Source of the DNA: Octopus vulgaris
Lineage: Eukaryota
Length of the DNA: 64,000 nt
NCBI GenBank assembly: GCA_951406725.2
Contig: OX597817.1
Location: forward strand, 153,698,001-153,762,000
Reading direction: 5' to 3'
The stretch's first letter is position 1, and the number at the start of each line of letters is the position of its first letter. A program made the position numbers and the translations under genes. The notes below the pieces were generated by a model that saw only the letters and a list, made by a program, of their open reading frames with translations, made no database searches and was not told the origin of the DNA. This document shows positions 25,149 to 39,978 of this stretch, in pieces.

Positions 25149-25600
25149 TCTGTATAGGGCGGCGAACAGTAAAACTGCCTAGTGGCATTTCGTACGTCTT
25201 TACGTTCTGAGATTAAATTCCACCGAAGTCGACTTTGCATTTTATCCTTTCGGGGTCGATAAAAATAAGTACCTATTTCCTTATTACCCACAAGGGGCTA
25301 AACTTAGAGGGGACAAACAAGGACAGACATAGGTATTAAGACGATTACATCGACCCCAGTGCGTAACTGGTACTTAATTTATCGACCCCGAAAGGATGAA
25401 AAGCAAAGTCAACCTCGGCGGAATTTGAACTCACAACGTAACGGCAGACGAAATACCGCTAAGCATTTCGCCCGGCGTGCTAACGTTTCTGCTAGCTCGC
25501 GATAAAAATAAGTACCACTTTAGTACTGGGGTCGATGTAATCGACATACATTCTCCCCCGAAATTGCTCTCCTTGTGCTAAAATTTGAAACCGTTGTTAG
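25149..25600 (+). mobile_element. Older SINE family 3 copy interrupted by a younger family-3 insertion
   Basis: The plus-strand body runs to 25273 and resumes at 25500 (cactttagtactggggtcgatgtaatcgac...ttgtgctaaaatttgaaacc). Confidence 0.75.
25274..25499 (-). mobile_element. Young SINE family 3 nested in an older family-3 copy
   Basis: 17-bp TSD cgataaaaataagtacc at 25257-25273 and 25500-25516. Confidence 0.9.
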
Positions 25601-25789
25601 ATCAATTCACATTTCACTTAGAAATTATAGGATCGTCATGACGAGAATGTATTTGATCAAAGAGGTCTAATTGATCGTTAGCTGACCTGGGACTGACTAA
25701 TGAACGCTTAATGAATCCAACGCTCATAATAGGGTCGTCATTTAATGAGATCCAGCTGACGTTCTGACTCAGATTTTATAATAATAATA

Positions 25790-26245
25790 ATGAAATTATT
25801 GTATACAGTGCTCAGGTGCTCCACAACTTGTCAGAAAGTGCATATAAAGTACATGCAGTAATGTAAAAATGTCTGGAAAGCGAACAATGTATGAGTCAGA
25901 TACATGCTTGTGTGTGTATGGAGGGGAGAAAATCAAGTGTAGTGTTGGCGAATCTCAGAAAGCATGGAAGTTTTGAAGGATGCAGTGCTCCAACAACTAA
26001 CAAATGATGCCGGCAGTTTGTTCCATGCTTCAGCAACTCTCAGCGTGAAAAAATGTTTCCTGAAGTCATGGGAGCTGTGCTGTTTTCTGACTTTGTAAAT
26101 ATGTCCACGGGTGTTAGATGGGTGGAGGTTGAAAAAGGTGCTCAGAGTTATTGTTTGTACGATGGTTGATAATTTTATGGGTGTCTGCCAAGTCAGCTGC
26201 CAGACGTCGGAGTTTCAAGGGAAGTAAGGCGTTCAGGATATGGCA
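25790..26245 (-). mobile_element. CR1-clade LINE 3' end
   Basis: Minus-strand frames give LPYPERLTSL / KLRRLAADLADTHKIINH and TRGHIYKVRKQHSSHDFRKHFFTLRVAEAWNKLPASFVSCWSTASFK, the canonical CR1 C-terminus. Confidence 0.85.
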
Positions 26246-26372
26246 AATGCCTAGCCAATTACAAAACATAAATAAGTAAAAATAAACGAACAATCGAGTT
26301 AACACCAACTAGGTAACCTCTTAGTAAATAGCTTAGTTGATTTTTCTTTAATTTCCACAATAGATAAAGTAA

Positions 26373-26403
<31 letters not shown>

Positions 26404-26405
26404 CA

Positions 26406-26443
<38 letters not shown>

Positions 26444-26785
26444 TTCACGCACACTCTCTCTCACCCACACGCACACTCATATAAGTAGTAAGCTTAAATG
26501 TCTACCACAAATATGGTATCTACGACAAGTGATTGATGATTTGAACATAATAGCTGTTAACACTTCATAATGGAACAGTGGTAAAATGAGTAAAGTGAAA
26601 AATATTCGTTTCTGAGAAAATGGTGTGAGTTTAAGAGGAAATCACATTAACAATAGTCAAGTGATGCTCGGTTTTGAGTGGAAATTGTGATCAAGGCGAC
26701 GGAGGAGCTGGTGTTGGTGCATCTTGTTAAGGCTTTTCCTTTCTAGCAACAAAAATACATTTATCCATTCTCCCATCTGCAAGTT

Positions 26786-27004
26786 TACTCTTTTACTCTT
26801 TTACTCTTTTACTTGTTTCAGTCATTTGACTGTGGCCATGCTGGAGCACCGCCTTTAATCGAGCAACTCGACCCCGGGACTTATTCTTTTGTAAGCCCAG
26901 TACTTATTCTATCGGTCTCGTTTGCCGAACTGCTAAGTAACAGGGACATAAACACACCAGCATCGGTTGTCAAGCAATGCTAGGGGACAAACACAGACAC
27001 ACAA

Positions 27005-27067
<63 letters not shown>

Positions 27068-27232
27068 TACGACAGGCTTCTTTCAGTTTCCGTCTACCAA
27101 ATCCACTCACAAGGCTTTGGTTGGCCCGAGGCTATAGTAGAAGACACTTGCCCAAGGTGCCACGCAGTGGGACTGAACCCGGAACCATGTGGTTGATAGA
27201 CAAGCTACTTACCACACGGCCACTCCTGCGCC
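26786..27232 (-). mobile_element. SINE family 1 copy
   Basis: Full head and tail. Confidence 0.9.
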
Positions 27233-27741
27233 TAAGTTCTGTTATTATTTTATTTTATTACTATTTTTGTTCTCTTTAGCAGAAAAATTGAATCTCTATA
27301 GTAACCATGCTCAGTTTATAAAGTGGTTCATGCTCTAGAATGCCTCAGACGTTAGAAGCAATAACTAAAATAACAACAATATAATTAACAAAAACCGTGC
27401 TTACAGTAGCATGGTTTTGTGTCTTATCTTTGTTCCAGTTTTTTCGTCACACCAGATTCTTACAGTGACTTGCAAAAGAGATTCTCGTTCTATTTTTTTC
27501 CCTGAAGTTTTTCTTTTGCACTTTCCATCTGCTGGTAAAATATTTTTTTTAAAAAATGAGAAAATGTACGCAAAAGAGTGAGAAAAGTAGCCCAAAATAT
27601 GTTATTTTCAGTTTGTTTGGGAATGTGTCTATCGAATTCCTAAAAAAAAGGCAAAAAGAAAACAAAAAAAGGTTTATAAATTTTGTGCGCGTGTGTGTAT
27701 GTGAGTGTATGCGTGCGTGTGTATGTGTGCATATGTGCGTG

Positions 27742-28477
<736 letters not shown>

Positions 28478-28489
28478 ATATATAGACGA

Positions 28490-28720
28490 CCGTGAGGTTG
28501 TGAGTTCTAATCCCAGACCGGGCTGCGTGTTGTGTTCTTGAGCAAGACACTTTATTTCACGTTGATCCAGTTCACTCAGCTGTAGAAATGAGTTGCGACG
28601 TCACGGGTGCCAAGCTGTATCGGCCCCTTTGCCTTTCTCTTGGATAACATCGGTGTCGTGGAGAGGGGGAGGCTGGTATGCATGGGCGACTGCTGGTCTT
28701 CCATAACCAACCTTGCCCGG
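28490..28720 (+). mobile_element. 5'-truncated CORE-type SINE (family 4)
   Basis: gagttctaatcccag (B-box remnant) followed by gtgttcttgagcaagacacttta...ccagttcactcagctgtagaaatgag, which resembles the CORE domain. Confidence 0.6.
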
Positions 28721-29435
28721 GTAACTTTCTAGGTAACTTTCCGGGTAACTTTTCAAACGATCACCTCTAAAAAGAAATAAACAATTTTTTGAATAGAGCG
28801 ATTTTAGCATAGAATCCAAGTTTGAAGTTAAAGTAATGAATTTAAATGTCGAATGGTTTCAAAATCTTCACTTATCAAAAGGTATCAGGCTCTAAACAAT
28901 TCATCAAGGGAAATGAAAGGAGGGGCATTCTGACCGAATGCGATATAAATATAAATCTTACTTGTATTAATAATTTGTGTTGAAGAAAAATAAATGAATC
29001 TATGCAATAGTTAGACGAGAAGCACTCATTTAAACTCCAACGTATTTGACACATAAGCTAATGAGTAACATTGGCCTGTCATGCAGTCAATTGACTGCCT
29101 GAAAATCTCGATCAAATCCCATTCAGCTGTCTTACAAAAGGGAAGGACACATTAGAAAATATTGTTCTTGATTCTCTTAATCTTACAGGCTTGATCATTG
29201 CTCGATTATTGGTTCACTTAGGGCAAACAACAAAAACCAAACGCACCTCACCGCCCCAAAATGTTTCAATTTACCCCGTCTGTCGATAAACAATTTCAAA
29301 CTGAGGAAAGATCCGCATAATTGCTTTTAGTTTTGAAACCAATCATGCAGACCTGTGAAGCAAATAGTGCTAAGCCCTTCCCTTAAATATGATACAAGAA
29401 TAAGACTAAACATGTATTAAGTCTGTTAATATAGG

Positions 29436-29663
29436 TTTTTGCAGTCATTTTCGTACTTTCGTCATTCAATTTGATAATCAGGTCATTCAAAGTCGCAAAA
29501 AGAATTTAGTGCCATGAAGTTAGTCATTCAAATTCGTTTTTCGATCATTCAATTTCGCACTTCGGTCAAAGAATTTAGCATTTGCCCGTCCAGAGCATTC
29601 AAATTAGTCGGAATGACCCAATTATCAAATTGAATGACAATCGTACGAAAATGGCTGCAAAAA
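29436..29663. mobile_element. MITE-like element with about 50-bp imperfect terminal inverted repeats
   Basis: tttttgcagtcattttcgtac..gtcattcaatttgataat..ggtcatt pairs with aatgacc..attatcaaattgaatgac..gtacgaaaatggctgcaaaaa. A repeated (g/a)tcattcaa motif lies inside. Confidence 0.65.
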
Positions 29664-29689
29664 TTCTTTAATTGTTTGATATTTAGGTG

Positions 29690-30045
29690 CAAGGCAAGAA
29701 ATGTTGAAGTTGAGGGATTAGTCAATTACATCAGTCGCAGTACTTGAGCGGTACATTTTTTTACTTATCGCCACTGAAAGGACGAGCAACAAAGTTAACC
29801 TCGGCATGATATAAACTCAGAACATAATGAACCGGAACTAATCCTGCAAAGCGTTTTTTCCGAAGATCTGACGCTTCTGTCAGCTTGCCGTCATAAAACC
29901 TGTCCATAATAATTGTTTCAAATTTAGGCGCAAGACCTGCAATTTTAGGGGAAGGGGTTTGTCGAATAAATAGATCCCTGTACTCGTCTGGTAATTTATT
30001 TTATCAACCCCTGAGGGACAAAAAGTAAAGTTGACCTAGGCAGAC
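29690..30045 (-). mobile_element. Two adjacent decayed SINE family 3 copies
   Basis: Each has an aaagttaacctcggc/aaagttgacctaggc core and an aaatttaggcgcaag-type tail. Confidence 0.6.
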
Positions 30046-31177
30046 ACTCATCTAAAAGAACGCACTAGTATACCACTAAAAAACTTGATGGAAATGTTAA
30101 CCTTCTGTGAATAAATGACCTACTTCGGTATGGATACTGATATATATCGACTAGAAGAGGGTTTAGCTATTGGTTCGCCAATATCACCGATAACAGCCAA
30201 TATATACTGGAATACTTTGAGAATTTGGCTTTAGGACCAACACCACTAAAACCAACTCTATGGCTGCGATATGTCGATGACACCTTTATACTCTGGCCCC
30301 ACCAGGAAGATGCCCAAGTGCTGTTAGATCATGGGAACTCAATAAAGCCATCCATACAGTTCACAATGGAAAAGGAAAAAGACAATCACCTAGCATTCCT
30401 GGACGTATTAATAATACGCACCAAGTATGGATTCAGGGCATCCCTATAGAGCAAGCCAACCTTCTCTGGACCATGCCCCAACTTTAGTTCCCACCATCTA
30501 TACAGTGTAAAGAAATAGATTGCTCAGTGCCTAAAGCATTGAGTAAAGAATATAAGTAGCGCTCGTGATACCCACCACGAAGAAATGATCAAGCTCAATA
30601 ACAATCTATTAAGCAACAACTACCCCAAACACATACTATCCACTCCAATTATGAAGAAAAGAGGAGATGAACCAATAAACTGTCCACAGCCCGTCTACCC
30701 TATATGAAAGGCTTCTCCGAAAAAATACAAAAGGATATGCGGCCCATATGGCATCAGGATAGTATTCAAGAGTAATACAACACTTCGTAAATATCTTCTT
30801 CGAGTAAAACCACCTATAGAAGAGAATATTACCAAAGACTGCGTGTACTCCATGCCATGCAGATGTGCTAGGTTATACAAAGGCGAAACATGCCGCCCCC
30901 TCAAAATAAGGGTGGACGAACATCGTAAAGCTGTGACACGAGGAGATAATGATAAATCGGGTATAGCTGTTCATATATGGAAACATGGAGACCACCTTCC
31001 CCTTTGGGATGAAGTTAAAATAATAGACAGAGAACACCACTGGAAAATACGAAAACTAAAAGCAGCAGCACATATGCTAGGACACAACAACCTCTTAAGC
31101 AGACCGACTGCAGATATATGAGTAGCATATGGGAACCGATATTAGATTTATAAGCCCTAAAATTCTCTCCATAATTG

Positions 31178-31310
31178 CCCACGGGTATATGGCGTAGTGG
31201 TTAAGAGCACGGTCTACTAACCTCAAGATTCCGAGTTACCTGAACAAGAACAAAAACAACAACAACAACATCGAAAAATACCTTAGGAATGAGAACCCAG
31301 GTTCGAAATT
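31178..31310 (+). promoter_or_regulatory. tRNA-like Pol III promoter elements within the Penelope 3' repeat
   Basis: A box TGGCGTAGTGG (31190-31200), tRNA-like ttaagagcacggtctactaacctc and a truncated ccgagtt. A second B-box-like GGTTCGAAATT lies at 31300-31310. Confidence 0.5.
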
Positions 31311-31318
31311 TCTCCAAG

Positions 31319-31362
31319 ATATCTGCTGAAGGCTAGAGGGTATATCAGCCGAAACGTTGTGT
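31319..31362 (+). ncRNA. Minimal type-I hammerhead-like motif (family B)
   Basis: atat-CTGCTGA(31323-29)-A-GGCT..AGCC-GAAAC(31351-55)-GTT-gtgt. Stem I has two G.U pairs, and stem III lies in the palindrome AACGTT. Confidence 0.55.
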
Positions 31363-31521
31363 TAACAACAAACAAGATGAGGACAAATATCCGTCAAATG
31401 TAAATAATGTGCTAGAAAAGATGCCGCTATATATATCGTTCGATTCGCTAACGACTTTACAGCTTTTGTTGTTTCTTCTTTTTCTTCATAGTTGTTAGGT
31501 AGTATAACTTCTTGTTAGCAT

Positions 31522-31965
31522 TTGTCAGATTCCTTAAAGTACAAGGTAAACAAGCCGGACACAATTGTCAAAGATGGGAAGAATAAGAAATGCTTAATGA
31601 TAGATGTAACAGTACCATCAAAGAGAAACGTGTCCATTAAAGAAGTTGAGAAGTTATTTAAGTACAAAGGCCTAGAAATAGAAGTGACCAAGATGTGGGG
31701 AATGAAAAGCAGCACAACACCAGTGGTTATTGGAGCGTTAGGGCTAATTAAAAAGGGCCTTGATAAGCAGCTCAACAAACTCCCTTGCATTGTTAACGTG
31801 GGAGAACTTCAGAAAATAATGTTGCTAGGTTCCGCACACATTTTACGCCGAGTACTCTCCATGAGATGAGGACCTGCTGTGACCCTAGGGTCAAGGGATG
31901 ACCCCGGTTCAGCAGAAGATAACGGACCGTAGTTTATTTTAAAATGATAATAATAATAATAATAT
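31522..31965 (+). mobile_element. R4/Dong-like (restriction-like endonuclease) LINE 3' end
   Basis: KPDTIVKDGKNKKCLMIDVTVPSKRNVSIKEVEKLFKYKGLEIEVTKMW..PVVIGALG..LQKIMLLGSAHILRRVLS* is a PD-D..E..K RLE domain. It is followed by a 3' UTR and an (AAT)n tail. Confidence 0.9.
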
Positions 31966-31969
31966 CAAT

Positions 31970-32405
31970 AATCCTTTCTACTGTAGTCACAAGGCCTGTA
32001 ATTTTGGGGGATGGATCAAGTCGATTACATCGACCACAATGCTCAATTGGTACTTATTTCATTGGCTTTAAAAAGATAAAAGGCAAAGAAGACGTCGGCG
32101 AGATTTGAACTCGGAACATAAAGTTACGATGTATATGTGTCAAGATAATTTTTTGGACGTTCTAGTGACCCAACAAGTTCATCACCATTTTGCTTTCCAT
32201 TTGGGCACAAGACCAGTAATTTTAGTTGGGGTCGGGCATTAACCGATTAAATCGACATCGACTCTAATAGTTGACAGCTATTTTATTTTATCGACCCCGA
32301 AAGGATGAAAGGCAAAGTTGAAATCGGTGGGATTTGAGCTCAGAACTTAAGGAAAATGCAGAAAGCATTTTTCCGACGGTCTAACGCTTCTGCCAGCTTT
32401 CCACT
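31970..32405 (-). mobile_element. Two decayed SINE family 3 copies
   Basis: tttatcgaccccgaaaggatgaaaggcaaagttga (32288) and a related copy at 31970-32130. Confidence 0.65.
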
Positions 32406-32832
32406 TTAAAGCTAATAGATTATGATAATTGTATCAAACAAAATATTAATTTGTAAATGCACCAAACCGGAGCTTCTCTCAAACACAACACGCTATATAA
32501 TTTCTAAAACGCAATTACTTCGATTGGAGTAACGGTTTTGAGTTTATATAGAATTTCAGAAAAATAAAACAATTAGTACTCAACATTTTTGTTTGAACGA
32601 GTAAAGGTGCTTCAACTTTGAATATAATACTCAGTGAACAAGTGCGACTGTGAAGTTAATGCCATAGACGAAATGTATCAGACAGCTGAAACGTATCATA
32701 TATGTACTTATATATATTTGCGAATGTATGTCTCGCTTTCCCTGTCTGTTTGCCCGTCTGTCTGTCTGTCTTTCTCTCTTCACACACATGCATACATTAA
32801 GACAAAAACACGCACACACATATGTATGAATG

Positions 32833-32869
<37 letters not shown>

Positions 32870-32872
<3 letters not shown>

Positions 32873-33010
32873 TCCCTCCTTCTTCTTTTTCTTAATCCTT
32901 TCTGCTGAAGAGCGTAAGCTCGAAATGTGAAAGACTTTTCCATTTTTCCAGAGCGTTAAACTAATACACCTGCTTGTTGGCCCACCTGACTTCGTCTTTT
33001 GCATTCTGTA
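32870..33010 (+). mobile_element. Penelope-like terminal-repeat fragment, family A variant, with an inactive-looking hammerhead
   Basis: cttt-CTGCTGA(32902-08)-A-GAGC-gtaa-GCTC-GAAAT-GTG-aaag. The GUG triplet is not cleavable. The fragment follows (TA)n. Confidence 0.65.
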
Positions 33011-33131
33011 AATTCGGACTATATGTATGTATGCATGTATGTATAAGTAACAAAGATGTACAGGTTTCAATACATTACGGCCATTTCAAGGCACCGAACT
33101 GGCAAGGTGCCTCATATGTGTGCGCGCAGAT

Positions 33132-33171
<40 letters not shown>

Positions 33172-33548
33172 CAAAAGGATGTGTTATCATACTATTCCAC
33201 ATATGCAAAAACAGACATACCAACAATCCAACATATATGCAGCAGCAGCTGCCCCACGGATATCATTATGGTTTCGAAACCAGAACTTTCAACCACATTT
33301 ATCCTATGTACAACAGTATCGGTAAATAAATTCAATAAGTAAATCAATAACCAACCCCCTAAATATGTGACTAAACAGAAAGCAAACCTTTAAATCATAC
33401 ATTCTATTTCCTACAGTCTTCCATTGTACAAAATAAAAATGAAAGCTTAATAACCACATTTATTCAAGCTAAATAAAGTCAGGATTAAACACTAGCTTTA
33501 TGTATGTATGTATATATATATATACATATATAATACACCTTCCTACCT

Positions 33549-33580
<32 letters not shown>

Positions 33581-33586
<6 letters not shown>

Positions 33587-34800
33587 GGCCGTCCACTAGT
33601 GACCGAGGAAGACCATTGCTGACCTTCAGGAACATTGTGCGCTCTAGGACCAACTTATATTTTGCATTTGCGGCTCCGTTGGTGGCTTAATGATCCTTGC
33701 TCTTGACAAGCATACACGACTGAAAACATTGCAAACCAAGCTTTCCCAATTCCCATCAGTGTGCTTTCGAGCAGTGCGCTTAAGTTCTTCACGCAGAATA
33801 CGTGCTCTCTCAAAAGTGTCGACCCCCTCCTTAACCTGCTTCCTCAATATGTTGCGATGACAGGCATTGCTCTCCCAGTCTGTCTCCGTCATATCACAGG
33901 CCTTTAATGAGGACTTCACACAGTCCTTAAATCGCAGCCTTGGTTTTTGCCAGTGTCTCTTTCCATTCACATGTTCCCCATATAGCATCTGCCTAGGGAT
34001 CCTGCTATCCTTTATTCTAATAAGGTGTCCAGTCCAACGTAACTGGTGCTTGTGCACCATCACCTCGATACCCAAGATATCAGCTGTGCTCAGGACCTGT
34101 GAGTTTTTTTAGGTCCAGCCTACATTCAGAATGTGTCTCAGATATCTCTGATGAAAGCGTTCAAAGAGCCTTACATGATGTTTCTAAAGGGTCCATGTCT
34201 CACATGAGTAAAGGTGTGATATCAGTACACATGCACGATACACAACAATTTTTGTTTGCTTTTTGATGCCATGCTGGGACCAGACACAAGACTGAAGAGA
34301 CCGGAAGGAATCAGTTGCTCTCTGCAGCCTGAAAGATATTTCATCATCCAGGGAGCATGAATGGCTGAGTGTGCTGCCCAGGTAGACACACTTTTCAACC
34401 ACTTTCAGAATTGTTCCTTCAACCAAGTTAGCTGGTTCCATATATGGATTTCCTAATGCAGGCTGGAACACTGCAACAGTCTTGTCCAGGTTAATGCTGA
34501 GTCCAAATGCTTTACAAGAAGCAGAAATACGGTTCATAAGTATTTGCATGTCATCCACTGAATGAGTGACTAAGTCACGGTCATCAACATAATGGAGGTA
34601 ACGAATAAGAAGAGAGTGGAAAACTTTTGAATTGGCAGTAGATCGGCGCAGATTAAAGAGGCAAAAAAAATATCAATATCTGACATATATTCCCAGAGAG
34701 CTAACCTTAGCAAAAGCATGGGTGAAGGTCCCACCATACCACCACCAACATTGACCCAAGCCTCCATCCCATCATGAAATGATTTAATTATAGATACAAA

Positions 34801-34802
<2 letters not shown>
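33581..34802 (-). mobile_element. RTE/BovB-like LINE, degenerate 3' 1.2 kb
   Basis: Frameshifted ORFs: IIKSFHDGMEA.., MQILMNRISASCKAFGLSINLDKT..YLGSTLS..LYSCETWTL, and QLRWTGHLIRIKDSRIPRQMLYGE..PRLRFKDCVKSSLK..CNVFSRVCLSR. Confidence 0.9.
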
Positions 34803-35790
<988 letters not shown>

Positions 35791-36174
35791 TATTTAAGCA
35801 TATATCTGTAATACATATTTCTTTTTCTGTATGTGTATGTATATGTGTGTGAGTGTGAGTGTGTGAGAGAGAAAGAGAGAGTGAAAGTGAGAGAGAGAGA
35901 AATTCATACGAATAAGAATTTCTATTGCTCTTTTAAAACATAGACTGAATTATTTATGTTCCAGGAAAGACAGTTATTTAAAGACCAAACCAAATTTCTT
36001 CACCTCTTTTTTTCTCACAATTTTATAATCATAAAGGCTATTACAATCTTTCACTGAAAAATTCGTTATCAGTTTTGTGAAGTGTTTTAAGTTCTAAGAA
36101 AATGCATCCTTGAGGAAATAAATTAATTCATAGAATTCATCAGATGGTGGGTGAAGTATAATGCATCAACGGAA

Positions 36175-36572
36175 AGAGCATGAGGGTGTGTGTGGTAACT
36201 TGCCTACCAACGATATGGTTCCGGGTTCAGTCCCATTGAGTGGTACCTTGGGCAAGTGTCTTCTACTATAGCCTCGAGCTAGCCAAAACCTTGTGAATGG
36301 ATTTGGTAGAGGGAAACTGAAAGAAGCCCGTCGTATATACATATATATCTGTGTGTGAGTGTGTATTTGTGTGTCTGTGTTTGTCCATCCACCATCGCTA
36401 TAAACAACCAATGCTGGTGTGTTTACGTCCCTGTAACTTAGCGGTTCGGCAAAAGAAACTGATAGAATAAGTATTACGCTTACAAAGAATAAGTCCTGGG
36501 GCCAATTTGTTCGACTAAAGGCGGTGCTCCAACATGGCCGCGGTCAAATGACTGAAACAAGTAAAAGAATAA
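36175..36572 (+). mobile_element. SINE family 1 copy (diverged)
   Basis: Decayed A box, ccgggttcagtccc B box and family tail. Confidence 0.8.
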
Positions 36573-36575
36573 AAG

Positions 36576-36642
<67 letters not shown>

Positions 36643-36707
36643 CACACATATATATGTATGTATAGTCCCCTTCCCAAAACTTCAGGTCTCGTGCCTATAA
36701 TGGAAAG

Positions 36708-36850
<143 letters not shown>

Positions 36851-37172
36851 ACTACGCTATCAGCTGCCATTGTTCCCTTATCAACAAGTTATATAGTTTT
36901 ATCAATAACCCTGAAATTTGCAGGCCATTTTGTCCCACTCGCTCCCAGCCCCCTTTCTTCCCTAACCTGTTTTTGATTCTTCTTCTTTTTATAATTTTTT
37001 TGTCTCTCTTAAGCATTCATTTCCAGTAATATGTTTTCCCCTTGAAACAAGGCCCCCTTATTTATTTTCATTTCTTATAAATACTTTCTTCCAATTCAGG
37101 GTCGCACTGATAGCAGTTATTAAACATATACATAGTCACACGTTTATCGACTTAAACCCACGCCTGTACAGT

Positions 37173-37585
<413 letters not shown>

Positions 37586-37914
37586 AGAACACTTACGACG
37601 CAGGAAGTATTATTATGCTAGCTTGCCCCCTTTTTAGCATTTGTGGACATTAGTAAATTCATAGAAGGGGACAGCAGGCTCTGAAACAATGGCTGGATGC
37701 TTGCTCTTGGTTGGAGGTTTCTGTCACTAAATCAACACTGGGTAACTACCAACTGTATTGGGATTAGCAATATTCTGCGTTAAAAACATTTGGTTTCTCA
37801 CTCTTTCACTACACTGCTATGAAATATAATAATATCCCACCCACCACTAGTGTTTATTTGTGCTTCGACTGTGTAATGTCACTCATTCAGTGCTCTTATG
37901 ACAAATAAAGAAAT

Positions 37915-38430
<516 letters not shown>

Positions 38431-38639
38431 GACCCCTTTTATCGCATTTCGCCGCCTTTTCGATTTCTTTCTCATCATCTTTTACGTAAACCTCCACACC
38501 AATTGTTGACTGTCTTTGTATCTATCCCCTGCTTTTCTTTGCCCTTGTGGCTAATAAAGGAAATCTATCATCCTCTTGCTCTTCCTCCTACTCCCCCTCC
38601 TCTCCCAATCATCATCATCATCATCACCATCACTATTAT

Positions 38640-38974
38640 TTAAGACGTCGCACAGTATCCAGTATCGTGATGTTGATTGAAGACAGTGTGTCTACCCAGG
38701 GGTTTGTACTGTCTGTCAAGTCACAGCAAGAACCTCAGACAGAGAGCACTTTTAGCAATATGCGTGCAGTTCCAAGTAATGCTGATTTTTGCAATACACT
38801 CTATATTGTAGAGTATTTCTCAAGTTTCCAGAGGTTTCTTCAGGTTGGGTGGTATTGAACTCAATGCACCCATGGCAACAGGGAAAACCTTTATGTTTGA
38901 CTCTCGTAGCTGCCGCATCTTGGCGATCTCAATTCTCAGCTCTCCATAGTTATCTAACTTCTCTCTTTCTTTCA

Positions 38975-38975
<1 letters not shown>
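38640..38975 (-). mobile_element. R4/Dong-like LINE 3' end (second family)
   Basis: Minus strand: KEREKLDNYGELRIEIAKM.QL..IKVFPVAMGALSSIP..., then after a frameshift VLQKSALLGTARILLKVLSV*, then a 3' UTR and a (GAT)n tail. Confidence 0.85.
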
Positions 38976-39445
<470 letters not shown>

Positions 39446-39752
39446 CCGTTATTGTTTCAGTACCATATTTACATTGTGTGTTTCCCCTATATAAACGAAT
39501 TTTCCTCTGTGTTCTTCAAGTGCGCGCAAAATTCTTGCATTTCCTTAATGGATACTGACCAAATAACTATTAAATGCCGGGGCTAAAAACACATAGTGCG
39601 CAACTTCAACTTTATTATGGGCCTATTACTGACATATAAAATTAGATCTTTCATCTAAAGTTTCGAAGGCGACTGATAGTAAGTAATAATTTGAATTAAA
39701 ACATAATTCGCAGCTTTCGTTTCAGAATATACCACCGATGATGCAAGAAATA

Positions 39753-39978
39753 TATTTCTTTACTACCCACAAGGGGCTAAACACAGAGGGGACAAACAAG
39801 GACAGACAAACGGATTAAGTCGATTACATCGACTCCAGTGCGTAACTGGTACTTAATTTATCGACCCCGAAAGGATGAAAGGCAAAGTCGACCTCGGCGG
39901 AATTTGAACTCAGAACGTAACGGCAGACAAAATACGGCTACGCATTTCGCCCGGCGTGCTAACGGTTCTGCCAGCTCG
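39753..39978 (-). mobile_element. Young SINE family 3
   Basis: TSD ccgatgatgcaagaaata at 39735-39752 and 39979-39996. Confidence 0.9.

Larger units (their letters stand above)
30045..31415 (+). mobile_element. Penelope-like retroelement (5' truncated, degenerate RT + GIY-YIG endonuclease + 3' terminal repeat)
   Basis: Frameshifted translation gives EGLAIGSPISPITANIY, PTLWLRYVDDTFILW..IQFTMEKEKDNHLAFLDVLI (RT) and VYSMPCRCARLYKGETCRPLKIRVDEHRKAV..SGIAVHIW (GIY-YIG). Confidence 0.9.

Noticed and set aside
34148-34154. CTGATGA within the RTE LINE
   Set aside because: It is antisense to the LINE ORF and has no supporting stems.
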